Assembly: GCA_965205215.1 (NCBI GenBank)
Contig: OZ242041.1
Location: 1,664,001 to 1,728,000, forward strand
DNA length: 64,000 nt
Direction: 5' to 3'
From: Nitrosopumilus sp.
Lineage (GTDB): Archaea; Thermoproteota; Nitrososphaeria; Nitrososphaerales; Nitrosopumilaceae
Shown here: one piece after another, positions 29,134 through 39,489 of the stretch
Layout: every line of letters begins with the position of its first letter
Numbering within the stretch: position 1 is the first letter of the stretch
Made by a program: the position numbers and the translations under genes
The notes under the pieces: model-generated
Databases searched by the model: none
Told to the model about the DNA's origin: nothing
The model's input: only the letters and a program-made list of their open reading frames with translations

Positions 29134-29604
29134 ATGAGCGCAGAGGCAACCCCGACATCAAGCCACGCGTACGGAGTGGGAGTGATTGCGTTGATAATCG
29201 CGCTGTCGGCCACCACGGTCTTTTACACCTCGTACTACCTGCCCGAATCGCTTGCAAAACCGTCCGTATCAGAACATATACTCCATCCCGAGGAGACTCT
29301 TGTAATCGACATTGTAGAGGGCGCCCTTATAGAAGGCAACGACAACTACATACCAAACAGCCCCACCGCGTACCTGACCATCAACAACCTGGTCAAGTGG
29401 ACAAACAGCGACGGGACGGCGCACACGGTCACGCCGGACCACAGGCACGCGGACTCCTACAGCGGCGACTTTGGCTCAGACGGCGTGATGATGCCGGGCG
29501 ACGAGTACGAGTTCCTGTTCACCGAGCCGCAGGTGGTGACCTACCACTGCACCCCCCACCCGTGGATGAAGGGCACCATAACCGTGGAGAAGAGCAGGTT
29601 CTAG
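29134..29604 (+). CDS. membrane-anchored cupredoxin (plastocyanin/azurin family)
   Basis: N-terminal TM helix; WTN.D..AHTVT and YHCTPHPWMKG type-1 Cu ligands. Confidence 0.9.
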   Translation: MSAEATPTSSHAYGVGVIALIIALSATTVFYTSYYLPESLAKPSVSEHILHPEETLVIDIVEGALIEGNDNYIPNSPTAYLTINNLVKWTNSDGTAHTVTPDHRHADSYSGDFGSDGVMMPGDEYEFLFTEPQVVTYHCTPHPWMKGTITVEKSRF

Positions 29605-29705
29605 CCCGCGCACAGCGGATCGCGCCGCCAGGTGCCGTTCTGGCGCAGGCACCAGAATCCGGCTCTTCCTTAACCGTTAAAATAAGGGGATCAGACGGCC
29701 AGTGC

Positions 29706-30215
29706 ATGCACGGGGCCAATTACCGCAACGGCACAGGACAGCCGTTTACGCGCAAGGAGTACATAAAGGGAAAGCCGCAGATAAAGATAGCAAAGTTCCA
29801 GGGAGGCAAAAGGGGCACGTACCAATACTGCGTGCAGCTGCTCATAAACGAGACCATGCAGATCAGGCACATGGCAATAGAATCGACCCGACTGGCCGCA
29901 AACAAGACGCTTGAAAAGACGACCGGCGAGACCGGATACTATTCGCGCCTGAGGATATATCCGCACAACCTCCTGCGCGAGAACAAGATGATAGCCGCGG
30001 CGGGAGCAGACAGGCTCCAAGAGGGCATGCGCAGGGCCTGGGGCAAGGCGACTAGCCTGGGCGCAAGGGTCAAGCAGGGACAGTGCATAATGGAACTGTA
30101 CGTCAACGGGGACGACCACCGCGAGGCGGCAAAGAAGGCGCTAAAAGCCGCATGCGTAAAGCTTCCCGGTACCCCAGCAATACAGGTGGTCAGCTGGAAC
30201 AAGCCGTCGCCCTAG
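29706..30215 (+). CDS. rpl10e: 50S ribosomal protein uL16 (L10e)
   Basis: RIYPHNLLRENK...AGADRLQEGMRRAWGK, KLP. Confidence 0.95.
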   Translation: MHGANYRNGTGQPFTRKEYIKGKPQIKIAKFQGGKRGTYQYCVQLLINETMQIRHMAIESTRLAANKTLEKTTGETGYYSRLRIYPHNLLRENKMIAAAGADRLQEGMRRAWGKATSLGARVKQGQCIMELYVNGDDHREAAKKALKAACVKLPGTPAIQVVSWNKPSP

Positions 30216-30538
30216 CAGAGGGCTGACGCGTCGCGCCACCAACCGTGCTTCTGCATGAGATCTGCAAACTCCTCAAACTCTTTTGGGGTCGGATCCCTGC
30301 GCAGCTGGCGCCGGGTCTGATAATAAAACGCATTGTACAACCTTCCTGCCGCAATGCCTGCCGCAACGTAGCGAATGCGGTCCGCGTCGGCCGCGGCAGC
30401 GGTGCCACCGTAACCACTACCAGCGCCTTCATCCCCCAGCCCCGCGGCAACCAGCCGTGCAAGCCTGCACACCTCGTCACGGTTTGACTCTGTTTCGGCC
30501 GCCTTTTCACGTAGTTTTTTCATAATCGCGTCATTCAT
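30212..30538 (-). CDS. hypothetical protein
   Basis: GIAAGRLYNAFYYQTRRQLRRDPTPKEFEEF; TTTTTA box upstream. Confidence 0.65.
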   Translation of the reverse strand: MNDAIMKKLREKAAETESNRDEVCRLARLVAAGLGDEGAGSGYGGTAAAADADRIRYVAAGIAAGRLYNAFYYQTRRQLRRDPTPKEFEEFADLMQKHGWWRDASALC

Positions 30539-30638
30539 GCGCGTACAGCAAGCGCGCCACTAAAAAGCATGATCGTCAGACGCGCGGCAACCCACGCGGG
30601 CATCCCAATTCTCAAGCTATAAATCACCTGCGCGGGTA

Positions 30639-30992
30639 ATGCGGCCTGTGAACAAGGCGCTAGAAAAGTCCCTAAAGGACGCCTCCAAGGAGGGAAACCT
30701 CACGCTGGGCGTAAAGCAGGTGCGCGGGGCACTCAAGGACTCCAAGCTTGTGGTGGTGTCTAGGTCCGCGGATTCCGCGGCATCAGCGTCAGGCGACACC
30801 GACGCCAGCAGCATAATACAAGAGGCAGAGAAGAACAGCATACCGGCAGTCATCTTTGAGGGCACGTCGGTGGCCCTAGGCAGGTTGTGCGGCCTGCAGT
30901 TCCGCACGTCGGCAGTCGCATTCTCCCCACTTGCAGAGATCAACGTCAACGAGATAACAAAGGACGAGGGGCATGACGCGGAAGGATCCTAG
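30639..30992 (+). CDS. rpl30e: ribosomal protein L30e (L7Ae/L30e family)
   Basis: LGVKQV, FEGTSVALGRLCG; precedes nusA-S12-S7. Confidence 0.88.
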   Translation: MRPVNKALEKSLKDASKEGNLTLGVKQVRGALKDSKLVVVSRSADSAASASGDTDASSIIQEAEKNSIPAVIFEGTSVALGRLCGLQFRTSAVAFSPLAEINVNEITKDEGHDAEGS

Positions 30993-31087
30993 TGCGGGGC
31001 GTACGAATATGACGACTATGGCGGCCAATCAAGCTTTAAATAATATTGCCAAATCGCGTTATCATCAGAGGTAGACAGGTATTTTTC

Positions 31088-31552
31088 ATGGCACAATCAA
31101 TAAAGTTATCCACCGAACAGATGCGCCTCATGTCACTCTTTCAGAACGTGACCGGCGCGACTGCAAAGGACTGCATCGAGGAAGAGAACCAGAACCGCGT
31201 CATATTCATAGTCAGCACCGGCAAGATGGGACTGGCCATCGGAAAGGGCGGGATGCACATAAAGTCGCTGCAGAATATGATAAAAAAGAGCGTCGAGCTC
31301 GTCGAGTTTGACGCGGATCCCGCAAAATTCCTTTCAAACCTGCTCAATCCAAAGCTGGTAATGGACGTAAAAATGACAAGCCGCAACGACGGTACAAAGC
31401 AAGCGGTAGTTACGGTCGACCCCCAGAAGAAAGGCATCGTGGTGGGCAGGGAGGGCAGAAACGCCCAAAAGGCAAGAATGCTTGCAAAGAGGTACTTTGG
31501 CATCACCCATGTGTTAATAAACGGCCCCGAAAGGGCGGCCATGGAGCTGTAG
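31088..31552 (+). CDS. nusA: archaeal NusA (two KH domains)
   Basis: GLAIGKGG and GIVVGREGRN KH motifs. Confidence 0.92.
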   Translation: MAQSIKLSTEQMRLMSLFQNVTGATAKDCIEEENQNRVIFIVSTGKMGLAIGKGGMHIKSLQNMIKKSVELVEFDADPAKFLSNLLNPKLVMDVKMTSRNDGTKQAVVTVDPQKKGIVVGREGRNAQKARMLAKRYFGITHVLINGPERAAMEL

Positions 31553-31555
31553 GCA

Positions 31556-31993
31556 ATGAGAAAATCACCGCTTGGTCTGTTTGCAGGAAGGGTTCTGACT
31601 GCCAAGAAGAAGGGACAGAGATGGTCCATATCCACGTACAAGCGCCGAGAGCTTGGCATAGACAAAAAGGCCGACCCGCTGGGGGGCTCCCCGCAGGCGC
31701 GCGGAATAGTCCTTGAAAAGGTAGGCATAGCTGCAAAGCAGCCCAACTCGGCGGTGAGAAAGTGCATCAGGGTACAGCTCATAAAGAACGGCAAGACCGT
31801 GACGGCGTTCCTGCCCCGTGACGGCGCGATGAACTTTATAGACGAGCACGACGAGGTTCACATACACGGAATGGGGGCCACCCAAGGCGGTGCCATGGGC
31901 GACCTGCCGGGCGTGAGGTTCAAGGTATTCAAGGTAAACGGCACATCACTGCACGAGCTTGTGATAGGCAAAAAGGAAAAGCCCAGGCGCTAG
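31556..31993 (+). CDS. rps12: 30S ribosomal protein uS12
   Basis: [21 protein letters not shown]. Confidence 0.97.
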   Translation: MRKSPLGLFAGRVLTAKKKGQRWSISTYKRRELGIDKKADPLGGSPQARGIVLEKVGIAAKQPNSAVRKCIRVQLIKNGKTVTAFLPRDGAMNFIDEHDEVHIHGMGATQGGAMGDLPGVRFKVFKVNGTSLHELVIGKKEKPRR

Positions 31994-32006
31994 GACGTGG
32001 TTGAGT

Positions 32007-32801
32007 ATGGCAGCAGACGAGGCGAAAGTGGACAGCGGCGGCGAGCAGGGCGAAGACGCGACGGTGACAACGCCGTCGCCGGCGGCAACGGAATCTTCCG
32101 CAGACACGCCGGACGCCGCTGGAGAGAGCGCGGCATCGCTGGAGCCCAAGGGTGACGGCGGCAAGCCCAAAAAGTCCGCCTCCCAGAAAAAGGCCAAAAT
32201 TCCGGAGCCCCAAGACATGCGGGTCTTCCGCAAATGGGACGTCTCGGGCATAGAGATAGTGGATCCCGGCCTCAAGACGGCCATATCGCTCAGGAAGCAG
32301 ATCACGCCGCACACGTTTGGCAGATCCGCGCTAAAGCGCTTCAACAAGGCCGATGCCAACATCGTCGAGAGGCTCATGAACAAGACGATGCACTTTGGGA
32401 AAAAGTACGCAAAGAACACGGGCCGGATGTCCGGCAAGAAGACAAAGGTGCTTAACACGGTAAAGTCCGCGTTTGACATCATAAACATAAAGAGCGGCGG
32501 CAAGAACCCCGTCGAGGTACTTGTCAGGGCCGTCGAGTTCTCCGCCCCCAACGAGGACACCACCAGGATAGTATACGGCGGGACCGTATACCACGTCTCA
32601 GTCGACGTTGCCCCCATACGCAGGGTGGATCTCGCGCTAAAGTTCATCTCCGACGCGATAAAAGAGGCCACCTTTTCAAACCCAAAGCCCATAGAGGAGC
32701 ACATGGCAGAGCAGCTGATGATGGCAGCCGCAAACGATCCGGCAGCCCCGTCGGTAAAAAAGAAGAACGAGCTTGAGAGGATAGCGCAGGCGTCGAGATG
32801 A
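32007..32801 (+). CDS. rps7: 30S ribosomal protein uS7 with low-complexity N-terminal extension
   Basis: NIVERL, NPVEVL, VDVAPIRRVDLA, KKKNELERIAQASR. Confidence 0.95.
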   Translation: MAADEAKVDSGGEQGEDATVTTPSPAATESSADTPDAAGESAASLEPKGDGGKPKKSASQKKAKIPEPQDMRVFRKWDVSGIEIVDPGLKTAISLRKQITPHTFGRSALKRFNKADANIVERLMNKTMHFGKKYAKNTGRMSGKKTKVLNTVKSAFDIINIKSGGKNPVEVLVRAVEFSAPNEDTTRIVYGGTVYHVSVDVAPIRRVDLALKFISDAIKEATFSNPKPIEEHMAEQLMMAAANDPAAPSVKKKNELERIAQASR

Positions 32802-32880
32802 CCTGCGCCCAGAAACGGCCGGAGTCCAGATTATCTTCGGGGGGCGCCGCGGCCGCGCGGGCATCATGAATGCAGAACAG

Positions 32881-32984
32881 TAGCCCGAGGCAGATTCGAA
32901 CTGCCGTCTCTGCCTATCCTCTCCTGAGATCCAGAGGGCAGAATCCTTGGCCCGATGGGTTTGACCGAACTAGACTATCGGGCT
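32881..32984 (-). tRNA. tRNA-Gln(CTG) with two apparent short introns (D-loop and anticodon loop)
   Basis: AGCCCGA/TCGGGCT acceptor, CTGCC-CT-CTG-G[ATCTCAGGAGAGGAT]A-GGCAG, GGCAG-TTCGAAT-CTGCC; about 14 extra nt in the D-loop; 104 nt versus about 75 mature. Confidence 0.85.
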
Positions 32985-33115
32985 ACCGGACGTACGCCGT
33001 CAAAAAAAACATATAATGTTTTGCAACTGCTTTATGTACATTTTCAGGACGGCGAATCGGGGCCCAAGCATTGGCTGGCAACCATTATAACGCAAACCGC
33101 CCCCACACCAGACGC

Positions 33116-33865
33116 ATGCCACAGCACGACGCGCGCCAGGGGTACGCATCCCCGGAGCAGAAGGAGATTGCAGACTCGCTTGAGCTGCTCAAAAAGGACT
33201 GGAGCGTGGATCCCGTCCTGGAAGAGTTCATACTGGGAAGGACTGGCGACGTCTCGGACCACGTCATAACGCACGGCGGCGTGACGTTCCACATACCGTA
33301 CCTCAACAGGCACTCAAGGTACGTGCTGTGGAAATGCCTGTGGCCGGACTGCCACAACTGCTGCGAGAGGCAGGGGAGGCTGCCGCTTACGGCCGACGAC
33401 CTGATTGTGATAGGGGCGGGCCTCAAGTATTCAAAGACCTCGGAGTTCGTCAGAAAGGAGACCATAACTGCCACGTACTCGTCGGGGGGAGGGGCAGGCA
33501 GCAGCGGCCAAGAGACCGTAATGACCACGATCAACCTCAAGCGGAAGGAAGGCGAGACCGCGTCAGAGGACGGGACGCGCATACCGTGCAGGTTCCTAGA
33601 CGAGGAGGGGGGATGCAGCATGCACCCCTCGAGGCCCGGCGTGTGCTACCTGTACCCGTTTACCACCTGGACCCAGAACGACGGCGGGGCGGCCAGGATA
33701 CACGCCACGTACCAGTTCACCGGGGACTGCCCGGGGTTCTACCTGGCAGACAGCACGGCCGGGATGATGCCGGAGATAGAGGACTATTCTGTCATAATAC
33801 GGGACTACAACCTGGCGTCTGCCAGGACGGAGCGCGAGTCCCTCGGCTGCTCGTCCATAATGTGA
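33116..33865 (+). CDS. YkgJ family cysteine-cluster protein
   Basis: CLWPDCHNCC, CRFL...CSMHPSRPGVCYLYPF, CPG. Confidence 0.8.
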   Translation: MPQHDARQGYASPEQKEIADSLELLKKDWSVDPVLEEFILGRTGDVSDHVITHGGVTFHIPYLNRHSRYVLWKCLWPDCHNCCERQGRLPLTADDLIVIGAGLKYSKTSEFVRKETITATYSSGGGAGSSGQETVMTTINLKRKEGETASEDGTRIPCRFLDEEGGCSMHPSRPGVCYLYPFTTWTQNDGGAARIHATYQFTGDCPGFYLADSTAGMMPEIEDYSVIIRDYNLASARTERESLGCSSIM

Positions 33866-33867
33866 GG

Positions 33868-34881
33868 TCAGGCCTTGGCGACCTTTATCAGGTCCGCCAT
33901 GCGTATGTCCATCCCGAACCTGTCCTCGTGCTTTTTCATGTATCTGAATATGGAGATAAAGTCCGGCAGCGACCTCACAAGGCTAAAGTCCTTGCGTATC
34001 TTTGAGTGCACAAAGTTGAACACCTTGGAGTATACCTTGTAGTGCTCGTCGACGGCCCGCTCGTACGCGGCAAAGTCCCCAATGTTCTCCAGGAATATCT
34101 CGGCGCACTGCATCGACGGTATGATTCCCTCGCCGAGCAGGGCGTATACGGTCCCGATCGACTCGCCCACGCCGACCACCTTGCCGCTGTAAAACGGCTT
34201 GCACTTGTTGGGGGTGGCAAGCCGGATGGGCCTGCCCTTTGTCTGCAGTATTTTGCCCCCGTGCTTTTTCAGAAAGGCGTCCGTAGCCTTTACGTGGTTC
34301 TTGTTGTAGTCGCCCGCCCCGACGTGGGCCCACTTTTCGCCGAGCGGAAAGTACCAAAAGTAGCCGGACATGCCGGGGAACGGCTCGATGTAAAAGTCGT
34401 CATACGGGACGCCCCCCTCGTACTCGACCTTGTACTCGTACGTGGGCAGGAAGAAGTCCTTCTCAAGCTTTGGCAGGTAGGCCCTGTGGAAGCCCGTGCA
34501 GTCCACGATTATGTCGTATTCGGACTCCAGAACCCCGAGGGCGGGGGGCTTGCCGTACGTGACGTCCGCGTCCTTTATGAACTCCTTTATGAGCCCCAGC
34601 TTGTTGTAGGTGCACAGGCCGTGCAGCCCGATGTCAAACCCGACGCCGTTGTTCATGCGCACGCTCATCTGCCTGCCGTCGTGTATCAGGAACCTGCCAA
34701 AGTCCACGCCCACCTTCGAGCAGAACTCCTCAAGGACGGGCCTTATGGTCCCCCAGGCGCATATGGAGTCGTGGCGCTCCTCGGGCATCATCTCGTACCC
34801 GGCCACGTCGTGGCCGGTGCCGGCCAGGCGCGCCATCAGGTAGGAGCCGGCCACCCCCATGCCCATTACCGCAATCTTCAA
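33868..34881 (-). CDS. FAD-dependent oxidoreductase (geranylgeranyl reductase-like)
   Basis: GMGVAG, CAWG, VDCTG, GYFWYFP, VGES.G.V..LLGEGI. Confidence 0.8.
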   Translation of the reverse strand: MKIAVMGMGVAGSYLMARLAGTGHDVAGYEMMPEERHDSICAWGTIRPVLEEFCSKVGVDFGRFLIHDGRQMSVRMNNGVGFDIGLHGLCTYNKLGLIKEFIKDADVTYGKPPALGVLESEYDIIVDCTGFHRAYLPKLEKDFFLPTYEYKVEYEGGVPYDDFYIEPFPGMSGYFWYFPLGEKWAHVGAGDYNKNHVKATDAFLKKHGGKILQTKGRPIRLATPNKCKPFYSGKVVGVGESIGTVYALLGEGIIPSMQCAEIFLENIGDFAAYERAVDEHYKVYSKVFNFVHSKIRKDFSLVRSLPDFISIFRYMKKHEDRFGMDIRMADLIKVAKA

Positions 34882-35177
34882 CGATGCAAATGGGCGGCAT
34901 CCCAATAAATACAGTGATGGTGTTGGCCGGTGCCGCCCACAAAGGAGAGGGCGGCGCAGCCCCGGGCGCACCCGGACGCAGCCGCGCCAGGTATGCGCGA
35001 CGGTGGCGGCGGCCTGCGCCCGGTCAGCGCCTTTCCAGTCCGCGTGTAAGTTTGCGCATTGCCGTCGCGACCATTGCCGCCATAATCACCGTGCAGACGT
35101 CGTTGGGGTTATTGCCACCGCCAATGTCACCGCCATCAGTAACCAGTGACTTTGACGCTCGCGGAATTTTCGCGGCG

Positions 35178-35888
35178 TCAGATGATCTTTTTGCGCGCCG
35201 CATCAATGCGGATGATTGCCGCCTTGTTGTCAGGCCCCCGCACGCGGGCCTCGAATATGGGCACGTACGTCTCCACTATGGAGTCAAGGTCGAACTGCTC
35301 TGACAGGTCCTCAATGTCAGGCTCAAGGGGGGACTTGAGCCGCTCCTCCAGTACGGAGACGGCGTCCTCGCGTTCAAGGGACGGCTTCTTTGCAAGGGCT
35401 TCGTCGTTTATGATGGATTCGGGGCGCGCCTCGGTGGTCTCCGGCGACACCTTGTACTTTGGCCTTTTGATCTCGTTTCCGGCCGTATCAAACGTAATCT
35501 CAAGGGACGAGTCGAATGCCACGTGCTCTTGAAGGTCTATGTCGATCTTGTTCTTCCCGCGCCGCGGCGAGAGTGCCTTCTTGAGGCGCGACTGCTGCCG
35601 CAGGCCAAAGGAAGCCTCGCCCACCACCACGCGCCTCACGGACTTGTCCACGGCGATGGTGTGGGTGGCGCTGCGCATGTAATCGGCCTCGTATCTGCCA
35701 GATACCGTCCGCAGGCACTCGTACGACAGCTGGATCTTCTGCAGACGCACCGCGCCAGCCTTTGGCTGCGACAAGAGGGATCCAAACAGCGACTGCTTTT
35801 TGCGTTCGATTAGCGCCCTTGCCGCCGCCTCGTCCATCATGGGGCGCAGCACTATGACATCAGTGGATGAGGCATAGCTTTCGGCCAT
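35178..35888 (-). CDS. hypothetical protein
   Basis: 236-aa ORF, host-like codon usage, TTTAA box upstream. Confidence 0.7.
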   Translation of the reverse strand: MAESYASSTDVIVLRPMMDEAAARALIERKKQSLFGSLLSQPKAGAVRLQKIQLSYECLRTVSGRYEADYMRSATHTIAVDKSVRRVVVGEASFGLRQQSRLKKALSPRRGKNKIDIDLQEHVAFDSSLEITFDTAGNEIKRPKYKVSPETTEARPESIINDEALAKKPSLEREDAVSVLEERLKSPLEPDIEDLSEQFDLDSIVETYVPIFEARVRGPDNKAAIIRIDAARKKII

Positions 35889-36205
35889 AGCGCGTGACCG
35901 TCCACGTACGTTAAATAGATTTCAGGCGGCGCGCGCTGGGATGGGGTTTCATATGCCAGTCCATGCCCCGGCCGGCCGGCCCGTGGTGCTCGTCCGGGCG
36001 CACGCGGGCGCCAAGCCGCGGGCGCATAGCCGAACTAGGGAGGGGTAGGACTCGACGCGCCGTCCTGCGACGCGGACCGCGCCCCCCAAGGCCGCCCCCA
36101 AACCGGCAGGATTTGTAATAACAGCGCAAGGGCAAGCCAGACTGCAGCTTGCCGAGATGTCCTACTGGGTAATCGCTTTTAACCCAGTATGCAGCAACAA
36201 CATCT

Positions 36206-36958
36206 GTGAACACCTACCAAGCCCTCCGCACCCTCAACGTCAGCAAGGACTCCACACAGGATGAGATCAGGGCCGCATACCGCCGAATGGCGCTCGAGCT
36301 GCATCCGGACCGCAACAGTGGGGACGGGAGCGAGTTTAAGAGAATAACAGAGGCGTACAACCATCTCAAAGGCGGCAGCCACACTCCGGCCGCCAAGACC
36401 GGCGACGGCGCGGGAGAGTACAGTGACGCGGCGATGAAGGGGGGGAGAAGGGGCAGCGGCAACGGTGCCGAACCCGGCTCCCAATACCGGCATCGGGGGG
36501 AGCCTGGCGGTGCCGGAGAAAGAAACAGGGCCCAGTGGGGGGCAGGCCCGCAGGACGGCACAATCCCGGAGCAGGACTGGAGCAAGTTCACCAAGCACAT
36601 CGAGGACGAGGATCCCGACTTTTGGAAAGAGTATGAAAGAAAGTTCTGGGAGGACTACAACGCCAAGGTGGACGCCGGCGGCAGGAACGGCGAATACGAG
36701 AAAGCGTCAGAGCCCAACAGGCAGCCCAACCTGTCCGTGGATGTGGACGAGAGCCTCTGCATAGGATGCTGCAGCTGCGAGATTATAGCCCCCGACGTAT
36801 TTGAGATAAACAAGCAGAGCATGATGAACCCAAAGTCGTCTGTAATCAACCCCAGGGGAGCGGGCATAAACAAGATAATGAACGCGGCCGAGACGTGTCC
36901 CACAAAGGCCATAAGGGTGGAGAACACGGACACGCATGAGAGACTGTTTCCGCACTGA
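36206..36958 (+). CDS. J-domain/ferredoxin fusion protein (DnaJ-Fer)
   Basis: AYRRMALELHPD J-domain; CIGCCSC...CP ferredoxin motif. Confidence 0.9.
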   Translation: MNTYQALRTLNVSKDSTQDEIRAAYRRMALELHPDRNSGDGSEFKRITEAYNHLKGGSHTPAAKTGDGAGEYSDAAMKGGRRGSGNGAEPGSQYRHRGEPGGAGERNRAQWGAGPQDGTIPEQDWSKFTKHIEDEDPDFWKEYERKFWEDYNAKVDAGGRNGEYEKASEPNRQPNLSVDVDESLCIGCCSCEIIAPDVFEINKQSMMNPKSSVINPRGAGINKIMNAAETCPTKAIRVENTDTHERLFPH

Positions 36959-37029
36959 CGCCAGACGCCCGTGCCTATGCGCAACACAGCCGCAACATCC
37001 CATGGTGCCGGGAACGCCCCAGGTGGCGG

Positions 37030-37449
37030 CTAATCGTTGTCCTTTAGCAGGGCGTGCAGCGCATCGGCGTCGTATCCGGGCGCCTCTGCCGCGCTGCCAT
37101 GGAACAGGTCTGGTATGTGCCCCGCTCGATCACCGGTAGTACGCGGGATTACGTGGACGTGGACGTGGGGTATCACCTGTCCCGCGTCTGGCCCGTTGTG
37201 TACGATAATCATCGCGTCGGCCGACATGGCGGACTCGATTCTGGATGCCATCACCTGCACCATTGCAAAGAGATCGGAGATCTCCGTCCGATCCAGATCC
37301 TGTATCTTTGGACAGTGCCTTTTTGATATGACAAGCGCGTGTCCGGCCGCAAGCGGAAATGCGTCAAGTATTGCTATGCAGTGTTCGGACTCGGAGAGCC
37401 TCTTTGAGGGAATCTGGCCCGACAGTATCTGGCAGAATATGCAGTCCAT
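37030..37449 (-). CDS. HIT family hydrolase
   Basis: CIFC, GHALV, GQVIPHVHVHVIPR. Confidence 0.93.
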   Translation of the reverse strand: MDCIFCQILSGQIPSKRLSESEHCIAILDAFPLAAGHALVISKRHCPKIQDLDRTEISDLFAMVQVMASRIESAMSADAMIIVHNGPDAGQVIPHVHVHVIPRTTGDRAGHIPDLFHGSAAEAPGYDADALHALLKDND

Positions 37450-37601
37450 GCGCGTGCGGCGCGCCCACTCTATAAAGTCATTTTCAAGACTGAAGAACCA
37501 CAATGGGTTGGCGCGGGCAGGACTAAGAGATGCGCCAGTGCGATGCCCCCATATGCGCAGGCGCAAGGATATCTTAAATCACATGTCCCCCCATATCACG
37601 C

Positions 37602-37958
37602 ATGCAATGGATCCGGCTCTTCGAGGTGGCAACAAGGGACCTAGATGCAGATGCCCCCCGAATCAGGAGAATGCTAGACGAACTCGGCGGGGCGGCCCAT
37701 TGCGAAAAGGGCGGATACAGGCTTGATGCAGAGGCGCAGCTTGCAATGGGATGGTGGTTCTTTGGCGTACACGTGCGGGAGGATTTTGTCAGGGATGCGG
37801 TACAGTACATGCACGCAAGGGACGAAAGGGCAAGGGACGAAAGGGCCCTGCTGGACCACGTTCGGCAGGGGCTCAAGGAGCAAGGCAGCAAGGCGACAGT
37901 AAAGTTCCACAGCAAGCCGTCAATCTTTGCCAGGTACTGGACGTGGCTCATGCGCTAA
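37602..37958 (+). CDS. hypothetical protein
   Basis: 118-aa ORF with TTAAA box upstream. Confidence 0.55.
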   Translation: MQWIRLFEVATRDLDADAPRIRRMLDELGGAAHCEKGGYRLDAEAQLAMGWWFFGVHVREDFVRDAVQYMHARDERARDERALLDHVRQGLKEQGSKATVKFHSKPSIFARYWTWLMR

Positions 37959-38021
37959 GGGCGCCGCGGCCGCCAGAAACGACCAGATGTTGCGTCCCGC
38001 CACAATCAAGTGCGGTGTCCA

Positions 38022-38195
38022 CTACCACATGCCGCCGCCGATGTCCGAGTTTGGATCCATCTTCTTTTCAGGCACGTTGCCATGGGCCTTCTTCATGTGG
38101 CGCTTGAGTCGCTCCGGCGCGTGGAGTTCTGTGCCGCACACGTCGCACCGTGTCTTGGACTCGTCGTCTTTGTTACGGCGTCCGAACAGCCCCAT
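38022..38195 (-). CDS. small C2H2 zinc-finger protein
   Basis: CDVC...LKRHMKKAH. Confidence 0.75.
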   Translation of the reverse strand: MGLFGRRNKDDESKTRCDVCGTELHAPERLKRHMKKAHGNVPEKKMDPNSDIGGGMW

Positions 38196-38248
38196 ATGCC
38201 AAAAAACCCTGAGATACATTATAAAGGATGCGCAGGGGGGAGAGGGAC

Positions 38249-39385
38249 ATGGCGCTCCGAAGGATCACGATACTGGGCTCGGGGGTTATGGGGCACGGCA
38301 TCGCGCAGGTGGCGGCGACTGCCGGATACGACATAGCGCTCAGGGACATAGAGCAGAAGTTCCTTGACAAGGCCATGGAAAAGATAGAGTGGAGCCTGCA
38401 GAAGATGGCCTCAAAGGGAAAGATGACCCAGGAGGAGGCAGACGCCGCGCTTGCAAGGATAAGCCCGATAGTAGACCTGGAAGAAACGGTAAGGGGGTCC
38501 CAGATGGTCATAGAGGTGGTGCCGGAGATAATGGACCTGAAGAAGAAGGTGTACGCCGAACTGGACCGGGCGGCTGCTCCAGACGTGGTGTTTGCGTCAA
38601 ACACGAGCACGCTTCCAATCACCGAGATTGCAGGAGCCACCTCGAGGCCGGACAAGTTCATTGGAGTGCACTTTTTCAATCCGCCCCAGCTCATGAAGCT
38701 GGTGGAGATCATACCGGGGGAATCCACCTCGCAGGACGTCGTACGCATGACCAAGGATCTCGTAAAGTCCCTCGGAAAGGAGGCGGTGACGTGCAGGAGG
38801 GACGTGCCCGGATTCATAATAAACAGACTGTTCATACCGATGGTGCACGAGGCCTGCTACGTAATGGACCGCACCGGAGCAACCAAGGAGGAGGTGGACT
38901 CGGCGGTAAAGTTCAGGATGGGCTTTCCCATGGGGATATTCGAGCTCGCGGACTTTACCGGCATGGACGTCATACACAAGGCCACCGCGGAGATGCACCT
39001 GCGTGACAAAAAGGTAATCAGGCCGCACCCGCGAATAGAAGAGCTGTTTGATGCGGGCAACCTGGGCCAAAAGTCAGGCGAGGGGTTCTACAAGTACTCT
39101 GATGACAAGTACGAGAGGGTGCAGCTGTCCGAAGAGCTGGCAGACAAATGCGACTATACGCACCTTGTGGCCAACATAGTCAACAACGCGGCATGGCTGA
39201 TCACAAACGGGGCAAGCGACGAGTCGGAGATAGAGAGGGCGGCCGTCCTAGGGCTGGGCCTCAAAAAGCCGCTCTTTGAGACCGCAAGGGACATCGGATT
39301 GGGCAAGATAGCGTCAGAGCTGGAGGCGCTTGCGTCCGAGTACGGCGAGTTTTACAGGCCCGACCCGCTACTAGCAGAAAAATAG
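38249..39385 (+). CDS. 3-hydroxyacyl-CoA (3-hydroxybutyryl-CoA) dehydrogenase
   Basis: GSGVMGHGIA, ASNTS, GVHFFNPP, PGFIINR, PMGIF; duplicated C-terminal domain. Confidence 0.93.
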   Translation: MALRRITILGSGVMGHGIAQVAATAGYDIALRDIEQKFLDKAMEKIEWSLQKMASKGKMTQEEADAALARISPIVDLEETVRGSQMVIEVVPEIMDLKKKVYAELDRAAAPDVVFASNTSTLPITEIAGATSRPDKFIGVHFFNPPQLMKLVEIIPGESTSQDVVRMTKDLVKSLGKEAVTCRRDVPGFIINRLFIPMVHEACYVMDRTGATKEEVDSAVKFRMGFPMGIFELADFTGMDVIHKATAEMHLRDKKVIRPHPRIEELFDAGNLGQKSGEGFYKYSDDKYERVQLSEELADKCDYTHLVANIVNNAAWLITNGASDESEIERAAVLGLGLKKPLFETARDIGLGKIASELEALASEYGEFYRPDPLLAEK

Positions 39386-39489
39386 ACGCGGGTACAGTTA
39401 GCCGTTATTCTCCTAGCCATCCCAACACCCCCCGCCCTTTCTTCTCATGGCGCCCGTTTGTCATCTTATGAATGGCCGGCATCAGTGCA

